A stretch of DNA of 32,901 nucleotides from an uncultured Burkholderiaceae bacterium. Its GTDB lineage: Bacteria > Pseudomonadota > Gammaproteobacteria > Burkholderiales > Burkholderiaceae_D. Shown here in pieces: positions 1-10,626 of this stretch. The position numbers were made by a program, and so were the translations under genes. The stretch spans positions 1-32,901 of the forward strand of contig CAZMPS010000001.1 of assembly GCA_964568305.1 (NCBI GenBank), given 5' to 3'. The first letter of the stretch is position 1; every line of letters begins with the position of its first letter. The notes below the pieces were generated by a model. The model saw nothing but the letters and a program-made list of their open reading frames with translations, was not told the origin of the DNA and did not search any database.

Positions 1-651
1 GCCACTGGCACCAGCCAAAGCACGCCCACGCAAGGGTGCGTACACATGAATACTGCCATCGGCGATGACTTCTGCCCCGTTATTGACCGCTGCGGTAACA
101 ATCAAATCTGCACCACGCGCATAAATACGTTGGCCAGCACGTACGGGCGTATCAATAATCATCGTGCCTGGTGCGACTTCTTTGAGCATGGTTGTGTTAG
201 CTGTCGTGTTTTCTTGTTGCGCAGTTTCTGAAGCGGTTTCTGTCGTCCTTACTTTAGTCGCGGGTTCGTCTTCAACATCGCTGCTTTGATCTTGATCGGT
301 GTAGGCGGTTGCTGTGGTGTCAAGGCTTAACCCATTTGCCAAAATGCTGTCATGCATGCATGCTGGCGCGTTGCGTACTGCGACGGGGTTTAACTGATGT
401 GCTTTGAACAACGTAATCAGCGTTGGCCAGTCTATAGCATTGACGGCTTCTATTTCTGTCACTGTGTGCAGATCCAGTGCGCCAAGATCAATCACGGCAA
501 ATTCATGATCAAAAAAATCCGACATGCCGCCCGTCATTTTTTTTAATGACGCTTCCCATTGCACTGGGTTGGATGAATGAAGAATCGCCGAAATAGCAAC
601 AACCGTGGATATTTTGATTTCGATGGGTTTGCGATTTGAACTGGATGACAT
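1..651 (-). CDS. minC: Septum site-determining protein MinC. The start codon is in the window; the C-terminal end runs off the left edge.
   Basis: Absent from the ORF track because it is open at the window edge. Reverse-strand translation from CAT at 649-651 reads [18 protein letters not shown]... and ends ...[52 protein letters not shown]. That ending is the conserved MinC C-terminal domain pattern. Confidence 0.85.
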   Translation of the reverse strand, partial: MSSSSNRKPIEIKISTVVAISAILHSSNPVQWEASLKKMTGGMSDFFDHEFAVIDLGALDLHTVTEIEAVNAIDWPTLITLFKAHQLNPVAVRNAPACMHDSILANGLSLDTTATAYTDQDQSSDVEDEPATKVRTTETASETAQQENTTANTTMLKEVAPGTMIIDTPVRAGQRIYARGADLIVTAAVNNGAEVIADGSIHVYAPLRGRALAGASG

Positions 652-771
652 AGAGAAAATAAAAATAGAGGCTTTGAAAGCCTGTTAAACCTGATTTGAA
701 TCTAATTTGAGCCTAATTTGGCACTAAAACGCTTAAACAGAAGCAGTAGCGCCAAAAAAGTAAGCAGTATA

Positions 772-1758
772 TTACATTACAGAAACCGCTTGAAAATCAT
801 CTTGCGCATCTTGTGCCGTTTGTAATGAGATCACTTTGGAATCCCCCAAATTGCTGGAATTGCTGGAGCATGGTTCGTCATCAAATGCAATATCACCTTG
901 CGCATTGGGAATGCCGTTTGCCTCTAAATTGGCAAAATTGAACTGATTGCGATCCATTAAATGCGAAGGTACAACAGTGGATAAAGAAGAAAAAATGCTT
1001 TCCACTCGTCCTGGAAATTGTTTTTCCCAATCGCGCATCAATTGTTTGATTTGTTTGCGCTGCAGATTCTCTTGCGAACCGCATAAATCGCAAGGAATGA
1101 TGGGAAATTGCTTGACCTGCGCATAACGCTCTGAATCTTTTTCTTTTACATACGCCATGGGGCGAATCACGATATGTTGTCCGTCATCCGATTGCAATTT
1201 GGCTGGCATACCTTTGAGTTTGCCTCCGAAGAACATATTCAGGAAAAAGGTTTCCAGAATGTCGTCTCGGTGGTGGCCTAGTGCAATTTTGGTTGCCCCG
1301 AGCTCATTGGCCACGCGATACAAAATACCGCGCCGCAAGCGTGAACAGAGTGAGCAAGTGGTTTTACCTTCAGGAATGACACGCTTGACGATGCTGTAGG
1401 TATCTTGATTTTCAATGTGAAAAGGCACACCGAGTTTGGTCAAATATGCGGGTAGAATGTCGGCCGGAAAGTTGGGCTGTTTTTGATCCAGATTGACGGC
1501 GACAATATCAAAATGAATCGGCGCCCGTGCGCGTAGCGTGAGCAAAATATCCAGCAAGGTATAGCTATCTTTGCCGCCAGACAAACAAACCATGACCTTG
1601 TCGCCCTCTTTGATCATGTCAAAATCCTGGATGGCCTGACCGACCTGGCGACATAAGCGTTTATGTAACTTGTTGTTTTCGTACTGCACTTTTTCAGCCT
1701 GCTTACTTAATTGTGCACTACATTGTTCTGTACGTTGCTCAGAGACATCAACATCCAT
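772..1758 (-). CDS. ttcA: tRNA 2-thiocytidine(32) synthetase TtcA
   Basis: PP-loop [16 protein letters not shown] and CDLCG motifs. The track start at 1827 is an upstream extension into the divergent gene. The MDVDVSEQ start (CAT 1756-1758) has an AAGGA Shine-Dalgarno about 9 nt upstream. Confidence 0.9.
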   Translation of the reverse strand: MDVDVSEQRTEQCSAQLSKQAEKVQYENNKLHKRLCRQVGQAIQDFDMIKEGDKVMVCLSGGKDSYTLLDILLTLRARAPIHFDIVAVNLDQKQPNFPADILPAYLTKLGVPFHIENQDTYSIVKRVIPEGKTTCSLCSRLRRGILYRVANELGATKIALGHHRDDILETFFLNMFFGGKLKGMPAKLQSDDGQHIVIRPMAYVKEKDSERYAQVKQFPIIPCDLCGSQENLQRKQIKQLMRDWEKQFPGRVESIFSSLSTVVPSHLMDRNQFNFANLEANGIPNAQGDIAFDDEPCSSNSSNLGDSKVISLQTAQDAQDDFQAVSVM

Positions 1759-1796
1759 TTGTGTATTCCTTTTAATGCGAAAGATTTCAGGCCGAC

Positions 1797-2975
1797 ATGA
1801 TACTACCCGAACCGAGTGAACAGGCACGCGCTGCGTCGGATGCGCTTACTTTACATATCAGCCGTGAAATTGAATCTCATGATGGGTGGGTTTCGTTTGC
1901 GCGCTTTATGGAGTGGCTGTTGTATACGCCAAAGTTGGGTTATTACAGTGGCGGTGCAAAGAAATTAGGCGAACAGGGGGATTTTACAACCGCACCAGAA
2001 ATGACGCCCTTGTTTGGTGCGACGCTGGCGCAGGTGGCGGCTAAGTTGATGGCGCAAAGCACGCCGCAATTGCTGGAGTTTGGCGCTGGCACCGGTCAAT
2101 TGGCGTATGACGTGTTGACTGAATTGGCGGCCATGAATGTGCCGGTGACGCGTTATGCGATTGTTGAATTGTCTGGCGAATTGCGTGCGCGCCAGCAAGA
2201 AAAGCTGCGTGACTTTCCTCAAGTCTGTTGGTTAGATGCCTTACCCGCTGCATTTTCTGGCGTGGTATTGGCGAATGAAGTGCTGGATGCGATGCCGGTT
2301 CATTTGGTCTGCAAGCAAAGTGAAAATACCTGGTGTGAGCAAGGCGTGGCGTGGTCGGAAGAACGTGGCTTTGTGTTTGCTCAGCGTGAATGCACTCCTG
2401 AGTTGTTACAGCAAATCGGGCAACAAATCCTGGATGCAGAGGATTTGCCAGTCGGTTATTTGACGGAAGTCCATCCGCTGGCGTGCGGTTTTATCCATAC
2501 TTTGGCCGCCATGCTGCAAGCTGGGCGAACGCAAAGTGATAGTGGTAGCGGTGGCGCGGCGATTTTGATCGATTATGGCTTTCCAGCGCATGAATACTAT
2601 TTAGCTCAGCGCTCGCAAGGAACGTTGATGTGTCATTACCGCCACCATGCGCATGCTGATCCATTTTATTTACCTGGTTTGCAGGACGTGACAGCGCACG
2701 TGGATTTCAGCGCGATGGCGCGTACAGCGCTCATGGGCGGCCTGGATGTGTTGGCGTATATGGGGCAAGCGGCGTTTTTGATTCATGCTGGCATCGGTGA
2801 TTTATTAATGCGCACGCCGGTGACGGATTCGCTGCGGTATTTGCCACAAGCGAAAGCCGTGCAGAAACTGGTATCGCCTGCTGAAATGGGTGAGTTATTC
2901 AAGGTGCTGGTGCTGGGTTTGGATGTCGAGTTACCACCCGAATTTGCGCGTGGGGATCATAGTTATAAATTGTGA
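1797..2975 (+). CDS. Class I SAM-dependent methyltransferase, MidA/NDUFAF7-like (DUF185)
   Basis: 392-aa ORF. It has [16 protein letters not shown] (SAM-binding GxGxG), [11 protein letters not shown] and ILIDYGF segments typical of the MidA family. Confidence 0.7.
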   Translation: MILPEPSEQARAASDALTLHISREIESHDGWVSFARFMEWLLYTPKLGYYSGGAKKLGEQGDFTTAPEMTPLFGATLAQVAAKLMAQSTPQLLEFGAGTGQLAYDVLTELAAMNVPVTRYAIVELSGELRARQQEKLRDFPQVCWLDALPAAFSGVVLANEVLDAMPVHLVCKQSENTWCEQGVAWSEERGFVFAQRECTPELLQQIGQQILDAEDLPVGYLTEVHPLACGFIHTLAAMLQAGRTQSDSGSGGAAILIDYGFPAHEYYLAQRSQGTLMCHYRHHAHADPFYLPGLQDVTAHVDFSAMARTALMGGLDVLAYMGQAAFLIHAGIGDLLMRTPVTDSLRYLPQAKAVQKLVSPAEMGELFKVLVLGLDVELPPEFARGDHSYKL

Positions 2976-3030
2976 TGGTTGCAGTCTTGTTTTTTATTGC
3001 TCTTTTGTTTTCTCAACGTGAAGGATGATT

Positions 3031-3943
3031 ATGAAAATTGCTCAAGATGTTGTTCAATTGATAGGTAATACACCTTTGGTGCGTATTAACCGCTTAGCTA
3101 GTCGCCAAGCTGGAGTTTTATAACCCAGCTCACAGCGTAAAAGACCGGATAGGCGCCGCCATGATAGAAGCGGCGGAGCGCGCCGGTTTGATCAAAGCCG
3201 ACACGATTATCGTAGAACCCACCAGCGGTAATACTGGTATTGCGCTAGCCATGGTGTGCGCGGCACGTGGTTATCGTTGCGTGTTGGTGATGCCAGAAAC
3301 CATGAGCAAAGAACGCCGCATGTTGTTGCGTGCTTATGGTGCGGAATTGATTTTGACACCTGGTGCAGAAGGCATGCCCGGTGCGATTAAAAAAGCAGAA
3401 GAATTAGCCGCGTCCGATTCACGTTATTTTTTGCCACAGCAATTCAAAAATCTCGCCAATCCAGAGATTCATCGCAACACCACCGCAGAAGAAATTTGGC
3501 GCGACACTGACGGCAAGATTGATATTTTAGTCGCCGGTATTGGTACGGGCGGCACGATTACCGGCGTGGGTGAAGTGTTAAAAGCACGCAAACCGGATGT
3601 CCAAATTATCGCCGTAGAACCCGATGCCTCTCCCATGTTGTCATGTGGCACCAAAGGGCCACACGTCATTCAGGGTATCGGTGCCGGTTTTGTACCAGAC
3701 ATCCTGAATACCAAAATCTATGACGAAGTCGTGCGCGTCACCAATGACGATGCCTTGCAAACAGCGCGTCGATCAGCGAAGGAAGAAGGCTTATTAGTCG
3801 GCATTTCATCCGGCGCAGCATTGTGGGCTGCGATACAAGTGGCGCAAAGACCAGAAAATGCTGGCAAGTTGCTGGTGACGATTATTCCGTCATTTGGCGA
3901 GCGTTATTTGAGTACGGCCTTGTTTGCGGATTTGGCGCAATAA
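3031..3943 (+). pseudogene. cysK: Cysteine synthase A (O-acetylserine sulfhydrylase), disrupted by an out-of-frame lesion near codon 23
   Basis: Frame 1 from ATG 3031 reads [30 protein letters not shown], then TAA at 3121. A different frame is open from 3098 and reads [27 protein letters not shown]... through to ...[15 protein letters not shown] (stop at 3943). The track ORF (3161..3943) starts after the PLP-lysine motif SVKDR. Confidence 0.8.
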
Positions 3944-3955
3944 AACAATCAAACA

Positions 3956-3996
3956 TAAAAAAGCGCGGAGTGATTTGACTCACTCCGCGCTTTTGT
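3956..3996. terminator. Bidirectional rho-independent terminator between convergent cysK and pckG
   Basis: 12-bp perfect stem AGCGCGGAGTGA (3962-3973) / TCACTCCGCGCT (3980-3991) with a 6-nt loop. Flanked by an A-run upstream and TTTTGTTTG downstream. Confidence 0.8.
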
Positions 3997-4023
3997 TTGT
4001 GTTTCTGCTTTTGCTTCTGTTTT

Positions 4024-5907
4024 TTACATGTCTAGATGTTGACCGCCATTCAAACGCGATTGCAATTGCGCTTTGGTAGTCTGCAAAGCTTGTGGCAAGC
4101 GGTAGTGCAGTTTTTCAAACAATTCGCTATGCAATTTCAGCTCGGTTTCCCACGCTGCTTTGTCGATCGAGGTGATGGTGTTGAATTGTTCTTGCGTAAA
4201 TTCAATGCCATCCCATTTCAAGTCGGCAAATTGTGGTGATACGCCAAAAATGTTTTCAACGCCAGTGGTTTGGCCTTCAATGCGATCTAACATCCACTTC
4301 AACACGCGCATATTGTCGCCAAAGCCAGGCCAGACGAATTTGCCTTCAGCGTCGGTGCGGAACCAGTTGACGCAGTAGATTTTTGGCAAAGCTGCGCCAG
4401 CTTGTTGGATTTTTTCGCCGACATTCAACCAATGTTGGAAATAGTCGCTCATGTTGTAACCCATGAATGGCAACATCGCGAATGGATCGCGGCGTACTAC
4501 GCCCATTTGACCGGCAGCAGCAGCGGTGGTTTCTGAACCCATAGTCGCTGCCATGTAAACGCCTTCAACCCAGTTACGTGCTTCGGTGACGAGTGGCACG
4601 GTGGTGGAACGACGGCCGCCGAAAATAAAGGCAGAAATTGGCACGCCAGCTGGATCATCCCAAGCTGGATCGATGACTGGGTTTTGTGTTGCAGCAACAG
4701 TGAAACGCGCATTAGGATGCGCTGCTTTGCGGCCAGTTTCTTTAGCGATTTCTGGTGTCCAGTCTTTGCCTTGCCAGTCGATCAAGTGCGCTGGTGCTTC
4801 TTTGGTCAAACCTTCCCACCAAACATCGCCATCGTCGGTCAATGCAACGTTGGTGAAAATGGTGTTTTCGTTCATGGAAGCCATGCAATTGGAGTTGGTT
4901 CTGGTATTGGTGCCAGGTGCAACGCCGAAGTAACCGGCTTCTGGGTTGATTGCATACAAGCGGCCATCTTTGCCAGGCTTAATCCATGCAATATCGTCGC
5001 CGATGGTGGTGACTTTCCAACCTTCAAAACCCTTAGGTGGAATCAACATGGCGAAGTTAGTTTTGCCGCAAGCGGAAGGGAATGCAGCTGCGACGTAGTG
5101 TTTCTTACCTTCGGGGGATTCCACGCCCAAAATCAACATATGTTCAGCCAACCAGCCTTGATCGCGGCCCATGGTGGATGCAATACGCAAGGCGAAGCAT
5201 TTTTTACCTAACAATGCGTTGCCGCCGTAACCGGAGCCATAAGACCAGATTTCACGTGTTTCAGGGAAATGCACGATGTATTTGGTTGCGTTGCATGGCC
5301 AAGCGACGTCTTTTTGACCCGCTTCCAATGGTGCGCCAACTGTGTGTACGCAAGGGACAAATTCACCGTCTGTGCCCAATACGTCGTACACCGCTTTGCC
5401 CATGCGCGTCATGATGCGCATGTTGACGGCGACGTAAGGGGAGTCGGACAATTCAATTCCGATGTGGGCGATTGGTGAACCTAATGGGCCCATAGAAAAT
5501 GGCACGACATACATGGTACGACCGCGCATGCAGCCATCAAACAAGCCATTCAATGTGGTGCGCATAACAGCGGGTTCCATCCAGTGATTGGTTGGGCCAG
5601 CGTCTTCTTTTTTCTCGCTGCAAATAAAGGTGCGGTCTTCAACACGTGCAACGTCTGATGGATCGGAGCAGGCTAAATAGCTGTTTGGGCGTTTGGCATC
5701 GTTGAGCTTTTTCATGGTGCCACTTTCGACCATCAAAGCGCACAAACGATCGTATTCGCTTTGTGATCCATCACACCAATAGATACTGTCTGGTTTGGCC
5801 AGGGCAGCGACTTCTGCGACCCAGTTGATTAATTTTTGATGTTTGACATAAGCTGGAATGTTCAGTGTTGCAACATCAGCCTTATCAGTCTTAACAGGTT
5901 GATTCAT
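4024..5907 (-). CDS. pckG: Phosphoenolpyruvate carboxykinase (GTP)
   Basis: About 627 aa with the GTP-PEPCK signatures FPSACGKTN and [12 protein letters not shown]. The MNQPVKTDK start at 5907 is preferred because GGAG lies 7 nt upstream. The track start at 5919 adds 4 codons. Confidence 0.9.
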   Translation of the reverse strand: MNQPVKTDKADVATLNIPAYVKHQKLINWVAEVAALAKPDSIYWCDGSQSEYDRLCALMVESGTMKKLNDAKRPNSYLACSDPSDVARVEDRTFICSEKKEDAGPTNHWMEPAVMRTTLNGLFDGCMRGRTMYVVPFSMGPLGSPIAHIGIELSDSPYVAVNMRIMTRMGKAVYDVLGTDGEFVPCVHTVGAPLEAGQKDVAWPCNATKYIVHFPETREIWSYGSGYGGNALLGKKCFALRIASTMGRDQGWLAEHMLILGVESPEGKKHYVAAAFPSACGKTNFAMLIPPKGFEGWKVTTIGDDIAWIKPGKDGRLYAINPEAGYFGVAPGTNTRTNSNCMASMNENTIFTNVALTDDGDVWWEGLTKEAPAHLIDWQGKDWTPEIAKETGRKAAHPNARFTVAATQNPVIDPAWDDPAGVPISAFIFGGRRSTTVPLVTEARNWVEGVYMAATMGSETTAAAAGQMGVVRRDPFAMLPFMGYNMSDYFQHWLNVGEKIQQAGAALPKIYCVNWFRTDAEGKFVWPGFGDNMRVLKWMLDRIEGQTTGVENIFGVSPQFADLKWDGIEFTQEQFNTITSIDKAAWETELKLHSELFEKLHYRLPQALQTTKAQLQSRLNGGQHLDM

Positions 5908-6300
5908 AGAGTGCTCCAATGCTAGTAAAGAAAATTTGACTTGTCCGGCACGATGATTGCCAACTTACGGCTACTTAGAATTGTTTTTATGCTAGCGCGA
6001 TTGATGAGTGGCAGTGGCTACGGCGGTTTTTCTGCAAGAATTCTGTAATCGAATCCGAGATGATAGCAGGTCTTTGGATGCTCCATCTAGACCTTGTCGT
6101 GAATAAAACCAGCTTCTATATTCCATCTATATCTTATCTATGCCTGATCTGTACTGTACTCGAGGCTTTATAATTTACTACCGATGATGATTTTTGTTGT
6201 GGAACCGCCAATTGTTAATTTCTCATTATTAATTTACTATCTTTTGATGTTTTCGTGAGACGGAGCGAGGAAATAGTCGCTTTTATTTGCTGTTTTTGTA

Positions 6301-7218
6301 ATGTTAAAGGAAAAATGTATGTTTCGAATCTCTTCAGGAGTGGCTAAAGCTGCCTTTGTTAAAGGCTCCATAATGTTGGGCCGGGGCATGTCGGTTGGTT
6401 CCAGCCCAAGTCAAACTTTTAGTCGGCTGACTTCCCCTATTGCGCCAGGTACGAGCAATATTGGGCAAGTTGCTGGAAAAAATTCTTTGGCGTTTGGCGC
6501 AGTGCAACCAATTGCACAGTTATCTCTACAACGACCTATATCTGACCAAATATCAAACGATTCTGTCGATTTTGAGCATCCTCATATACAAATGGCAGTG
6601 CTCGAAAAACTGATTTCCGGACAAAAAATAAATCAGCGTGTCATTGATGGCATCCAAAATTGTAATGCACGCTTGTGGGTTTATGGGGATCAAGAAAAGA
6701 TCAAGGAGCAATTATTGGAATTGTTATTGCAACAACCGCTCACATCGAATGCGGCTATGACCTTGCGGTTTTTAAACGATCTTTTAGAGGACGACCAAAA
6801 CAGCCTCGCAACAGCACTGCTTCGTGAGAATTCTTCCTATATTCATGTTGAGTCAGCAGCATTGAAAACAGTGCTTGGCAGTCTCCATATATTTGATAAC
6901 CCTGAGGTCAAGGCAAGGCTGATAGAAAGTGCTACGGCGGAGCTTGATAAGGAGAGTCCTGATCCAGAAATGCTGGATGTCATCATGCAAAATGTCGATG
7001 ATTTGATCGATAATCCAAGAGCGCAACGAGCTGTTGCATGGACTATTTGGGAAGGGGGGGTCGGCGATGATCGCATACAGTTTGCTGCAGTCGGTAAACA
7101 ATTTACCGATCAGAAGGCCAGATTAATCATTGCTAAGGCACTTGAAATAGAATCTTTTCACATGAGTAATCTCGATGCCATAAGGGCGCGTCAATCTCTG
7201 CGCCAATTGCTTGGTTAG
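6301..7218 (+). CDS. Hypothetical protein with a Ser/Gly/Pro/Gln-rich N-terminus followed by a helical-repeat-like body
   Basis: Long ORF in an AT-rich region, with no signal peptide or recognisable catalytic motif. The alternative start MFRISSG at 6319 has AAGGA upstream and is probably the real start. Confidence 0.55.
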   Translation: MLKEKCMFRISSGVAKAAFVKGSIMLGRGMSVGSSPSQTFSRLTSPIAPGTSNIGQVAGKNSLAFGAVQPIAQLSLQRPISDQISNDSVDFEHPHIQMAVLEKLISGQKINQRVIDGIQNCNARLWVYGDQEKIKEQLLELLLQQPLTSNAAMTLRFLNDLLEDDQNSLATALLRENSSYIHVESAALKTVLGSLHIFDNPEVKARLIESATAELDKESPDPEMLDVIMQNVDDLIDNPRAQRAVAWTIWEGGVGDDRIQFAAVGKQFTDQKARLIIAKALEIESFHMSNLDAIRARQSLRQLLG

Positions 7219-7564
7219 TGCAATAGCTGTATCTCATTGAGGACTGGCACACCGTTTTTCCATACAGCCATACGTGGCACGCCGGGTTTGGTCGCTTCAT
7301 GGTCTGTTTGGGAAAACTGTGCGTGATAGATGGCGCCTTTGATTTTTCCACCGTCGTGACTGATGTTTGCCTGCGTAATTGCCGCGCAATCAAATCGGAA
7401 CAGGAAACAGATTTTGCATGTTGAGGTGTTTGGAATGAGGAAGCAATAGGAACTTATTTAAAACATTTTCAAAAAATGAAAGGGCTGAAGTAAATGCTAT
7501 TTATTAACTCTGTCAACAGCGATACAAAATTGATACACCCCGTTCATTTCTGAATACGTATTTT

Positions 7565-8206
<642 letters not shown>

Positions 8207-8560
8207 TTAGGTACACAGCTAATGCCAATCCGACGAAAAATACAGCAAGAAACGCAGTGCCCCTACTTGCTTCATGTCCGATTAGCTTGTTTTTCATACT
8301 GTCTCAAAAAGTTGGAATTAACAGAGGTCTTACACCTTAGTTTGGCTGATTATTGTAGATGACTTTGCGCACTCATGGCCACGAGCGATCGACTGAAAAT
8401 AGATGATAGTGGACATTATGATAACCGCACGTTTATATACGAAACGTCGTGGTGCATTGACTATGCGAATTGGTGGTGATTTTGGGAAGAGAATTGATGG
8501 CTACTTTCGTGTGCTACTGAACTGAATGGTTATTTTGACGCGAATATTCAAGTTATACCA

Positions 8561-8779
8561 TCAGCGCTTGAAGCGACTAATAAGTTTTCGCTGTGGCGAG
8601 ACGCATGCATGGCTTGCGCAGTGGGAAATTGTTAGTGCTGCATTAATGGCTAGGCCATAAGAGTGATACCCAATTAATTGTCTTACCCACTCTCGCAACT
8701 GTTTAATTTTGTTGTTGGCTGTATCGACCATGCTGTTGCAATACATAAAAAAGTATCTTATATGGGTCATTTTATTCAT
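8561..8779 (-). pseudogene. Possible C-terminal relic of a transposase (ISL3-like NNKIK motif)
   Basis: The 72-aa ORF contains NSMVDTANNKIKQLR...GYHSYG. This resembles the conserved (T/S)NxxxExxNxKIKxxKR..GY C-terminal motif of ISL3-type transposases. The match is weak and the ORF is isolated. Confidence 0.25.
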
Positions 8780-8864
8780 ATTATAATTAACATTGTCCCA
8801 TTAAAAGATACTAAAACTACGCCTATCTTTAATGCCCCAAATACAATGACAATGGAGTACTCGC

Positions 8865-10145
8865 ATGGAGTGTCACTTTCAAATCTTTGTTGATGATCAT
8901 TGGATTGATTGTGCCACCCTCGCGGCACGAGGAAGCGGTAATGCTGGGAGCATTTTTGAATATGACCTGGATTATGCGTTCAGCGACATACTGGAACCTG
9001 TTTCACTGCGGTTCCCCGTCGATGCGATACATCATATAAGCCCTCATTGGCCAGCCTTTTTTTATGATTTGATTCCTCAAGGAAGTGGCCGCAAATTTTT
9101 GCTTGGACAACTTGGATTGCCAGATGGCCCAGGTGCGGATTTTTCTCTTGTTCGTGCGGGGGCGTTCAATCCAATTGGCCGTGTGCGGGTTGTGGAGGCG
9201 GTCGACTATTTCAACCAACATGTCCAGCGTCATGACGTTCGTGGCATGGATCAGGGTTTTACTTTGGCGGAAATGATGGAGCGTGGGGAAGATTTTCACG
9301 AACGCATGATGATACATAGCATGTTGGCAGCAGGAACAACTGGGGTTCAGGGCGCGGCTCCGAAGTATTTGCTCACCAAAGATGGACAAGGTTTATGGCA
9401 TGTAGACGGTGCTTTGCCTGATGACAAGGCCGCATCACACTTCATTGTGAAACGGCCACGTGGTACTTCAGAAGCAGACAAAAAAGTCTTACGGAATGAA
9501 GCCGCTTATATGGATGTGGCCGCATCCATGGGCATTCGTACACACGGCAAGCTTGCGCACCATGATGGATTTTTGTTTATTCCTAGATTTGATCGTCAGC
9601 TTGAAAACGGAAGAGTGATCCGCCTGCATCAGGAAAGCGCAGCATCCTTGGCTGGGTTGATCGGCTTCGATGCCAGGCCAAGCCAATTTGCGCTTTTATC
9701 CGCGCTCAGAACATTTGTCACAGACAAAACTGCCGAAACGATCGAATTTCTGAAACGTGACGTGTTGAATCTGGCGATGCGTAATACGGACAATCATGCG
9801 CGTAATACCGCCGTGCAGAAGATTGGGCAAATTGTTCGCTTAACCCCACTGTTTGATTTTGCGCCGATGTATTTGGATCCAGAAGGCATTTCACGCACAG
9901 CGCGTTGGTATCATCCCGTCACAAAAAAAGAGCTGACCGAGTGGCGTGATGTCATCGCAACACTTGAATTGGAAAAGGATGAAGCCCATCACATTACGTC
10001 CGCATTGCAAGCATTTGGGGAGCAACTACATGCGTTGACGCATCACATGCGGCAGGCGGGTGTCGATGAGGACATCGTCAATTTTGTAGGGCCGCATATC
10101 GAAGAGCAAATTCGACAGTTGCGTTCGATAGGAGAGATCAAATGA
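8865..10145 (+). CDS. HipA-family Ser/Thr kinase (putative toxin), module 1
   Basis: 426 aa. N-terminal HipA-coupling-like segment (FFYDLIPQGSGRKFLLGQLG). Gly-rich nucleotide loop GVQGAAPKYLL, plus IPRFDR. Catalytic loop RNTDNHARNTAV (DxHxRN variant of DxHxKN) and Mg-binding TPLFDFAPM. GGAG lies 7 nt upstream of the ATG. Confidence 0.85.
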   Translation: MECHFQIFVDDHWIDCATLAARGSGNAGSIFEYDLDYAFSDILEPVSLRFPVDAIHHISPHWPAFFYDLIPQGSGRKFLLGQLGLPDGPGADFSLVRAGAFNPIGRVRVVEAVDYFNQHVQRHDVRGMDQGFTLAEMMERGEDFHERMMIHSMLAAGTTGVQGAAPKYLLTKDGQGLWHVDGALPDDKAASHFIVKRPRGTSEADKKVLRNEAAYMDVAASMGIRTHGKLAHHDGFLFIPRFDRQLENGRVIRLHQESAASLAGLIGFDARPSQFALLSALRTFVTDKTAETIEFLKRDVLNLAMRNTDNHARNTAVQKIGQIVRLTPLFDFAPMYLDPEGISRTARWYHPVTKKELTEWRDVIATLELEKDEAHHITSALQAFGEQLHALTHHMRQAGVDEDIVNFVGPHIEEQIRQLRSIGEIK

Positions 10146-10555
10146 CATTGCGCAAAAAACCACTATCCCCATCGGATAAAGAAGCCGCTAAGCAGTTGCG
10201 AGCGCAGCTAAATGACGCCATTAATCGCGGTGAGTTAAGCATTCAAGATGCAGTGAAAAAAATGCGCAAGATATCTCGCCTGACGCAACCTGAGTTTGCC
10301 CATCACCGCGGCGTGAGTGCCAAAGTCATCAAGGAAATCGAGCGTGGTGTTGGGAATCCAACCGTGAATACGCTGAATCGAATCGGCGCGTTTTTTGGTT
10401 TGGAGGTGGCATTTGTGCGTTCCGAGCGATTGCGTGGTTTTGATGGTCAAATGAGTCAAGCGGGTTTGGCTGCATCGACTTCAGGTGCGCGTTCACCGAT
10501 AGAGGATTTGCGTCGGCTGGTAGATGAATTGGAAGCTGCGCAGAGAGGGCTGTAA
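10142..10555 (+). CDS. XRE-family helix-turn-helix protein (putative antitoxin/regulator) encoded downstream of kinase 1
   Basis: 137 aa. The central HTH is LTQPEFAHHRGVSAKVIKEIERGVGNPTVNTLNRIGAFFGLEV, with N- and C-terminal extensions of about 40 aa each. The start overlaps the kinase stop as ATGA (10142-10145). Confidence 0.8.
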   Translation: MTLRKKPLSPSDKEAAKQLRAQLNDAINRGELSIQDAVKKMRKISRLTQPEFAHHRGVSAKVIKEIERGVGNPTVNTLNRIGAFFGLEVAFVRSERLRGFDGQMSQAGLAASTSGARSPIEDLRRLVDELEAAQRGL

Positions 10556-10579
10556 ATTAATTTCTGTATATTTGTGTAT

Positions 10580-10601
10580 CACTGAGTAAATTTACTCAGT
10601 G
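10580..10601. repeat. Perfect 22-bp palindrome between convergent genes (hairpin terminator or dimeric-HTH operator)
   Basis: CACTGAGTAAATTTACTCAGTG equals its own reverse complement. It lies between the stop at 10555 (+) and the stop at 10627 (-). No U-tract follows directly on either strand. Confidence 0.7.
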
Positions 10602-10626
10602 GCCTACATTTATTTGTATTCATTAC

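Noticed and set aside
668-684. Short hairpin AGGCT-TTGAA-AGCCT downstream of ttcA as a terminator
   Set aside because: The stem is only 5 bp. It lies in the minC upstream region, where a promoter is also expected. It is too weak to annotate.
4036-5478. Multiple 60-175 aa plus-strand ORFs inside pckG. Similar antisense or out-of-frame ORFs occur inside ttcA, the MidA-like gene, uvrA, the kinase genes, petA, petC, and the mla and ABC genes.
   Set aside because: All are fully nested in, or antisense to, long ORFs with clear family motifs. They have no recognisable motifs and no RBS, and are typical shadow ORFs.
7215-7440. Minus-strand open frame of about 75 codons with no usable start (…ITQANISHDGGKIKGAIYHAQFSQTDHEATKPGVPRMAVWKNGVPVLNEIQLLH). 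Also the overlapping 86-aa track ORF 7133..7393.
   Set aside because: The start-less frame looks like the C-terminal relic of a gene cut by the IS21 insertion, but I cannot assign a family with any confidence. The resemblance to DUF1080-type proteins is only vague. The 86-aa track ORF in the other frame has no features of a real protein.
8300-8560. Small plus-strand ORFs in the AT-rich gap between the istB relic and the transposase-like relic
   Set aside because: All are under 40 codons, with no RBS or recognisable motif. This is most likely decayed DNA left by IS-mediated deletion.
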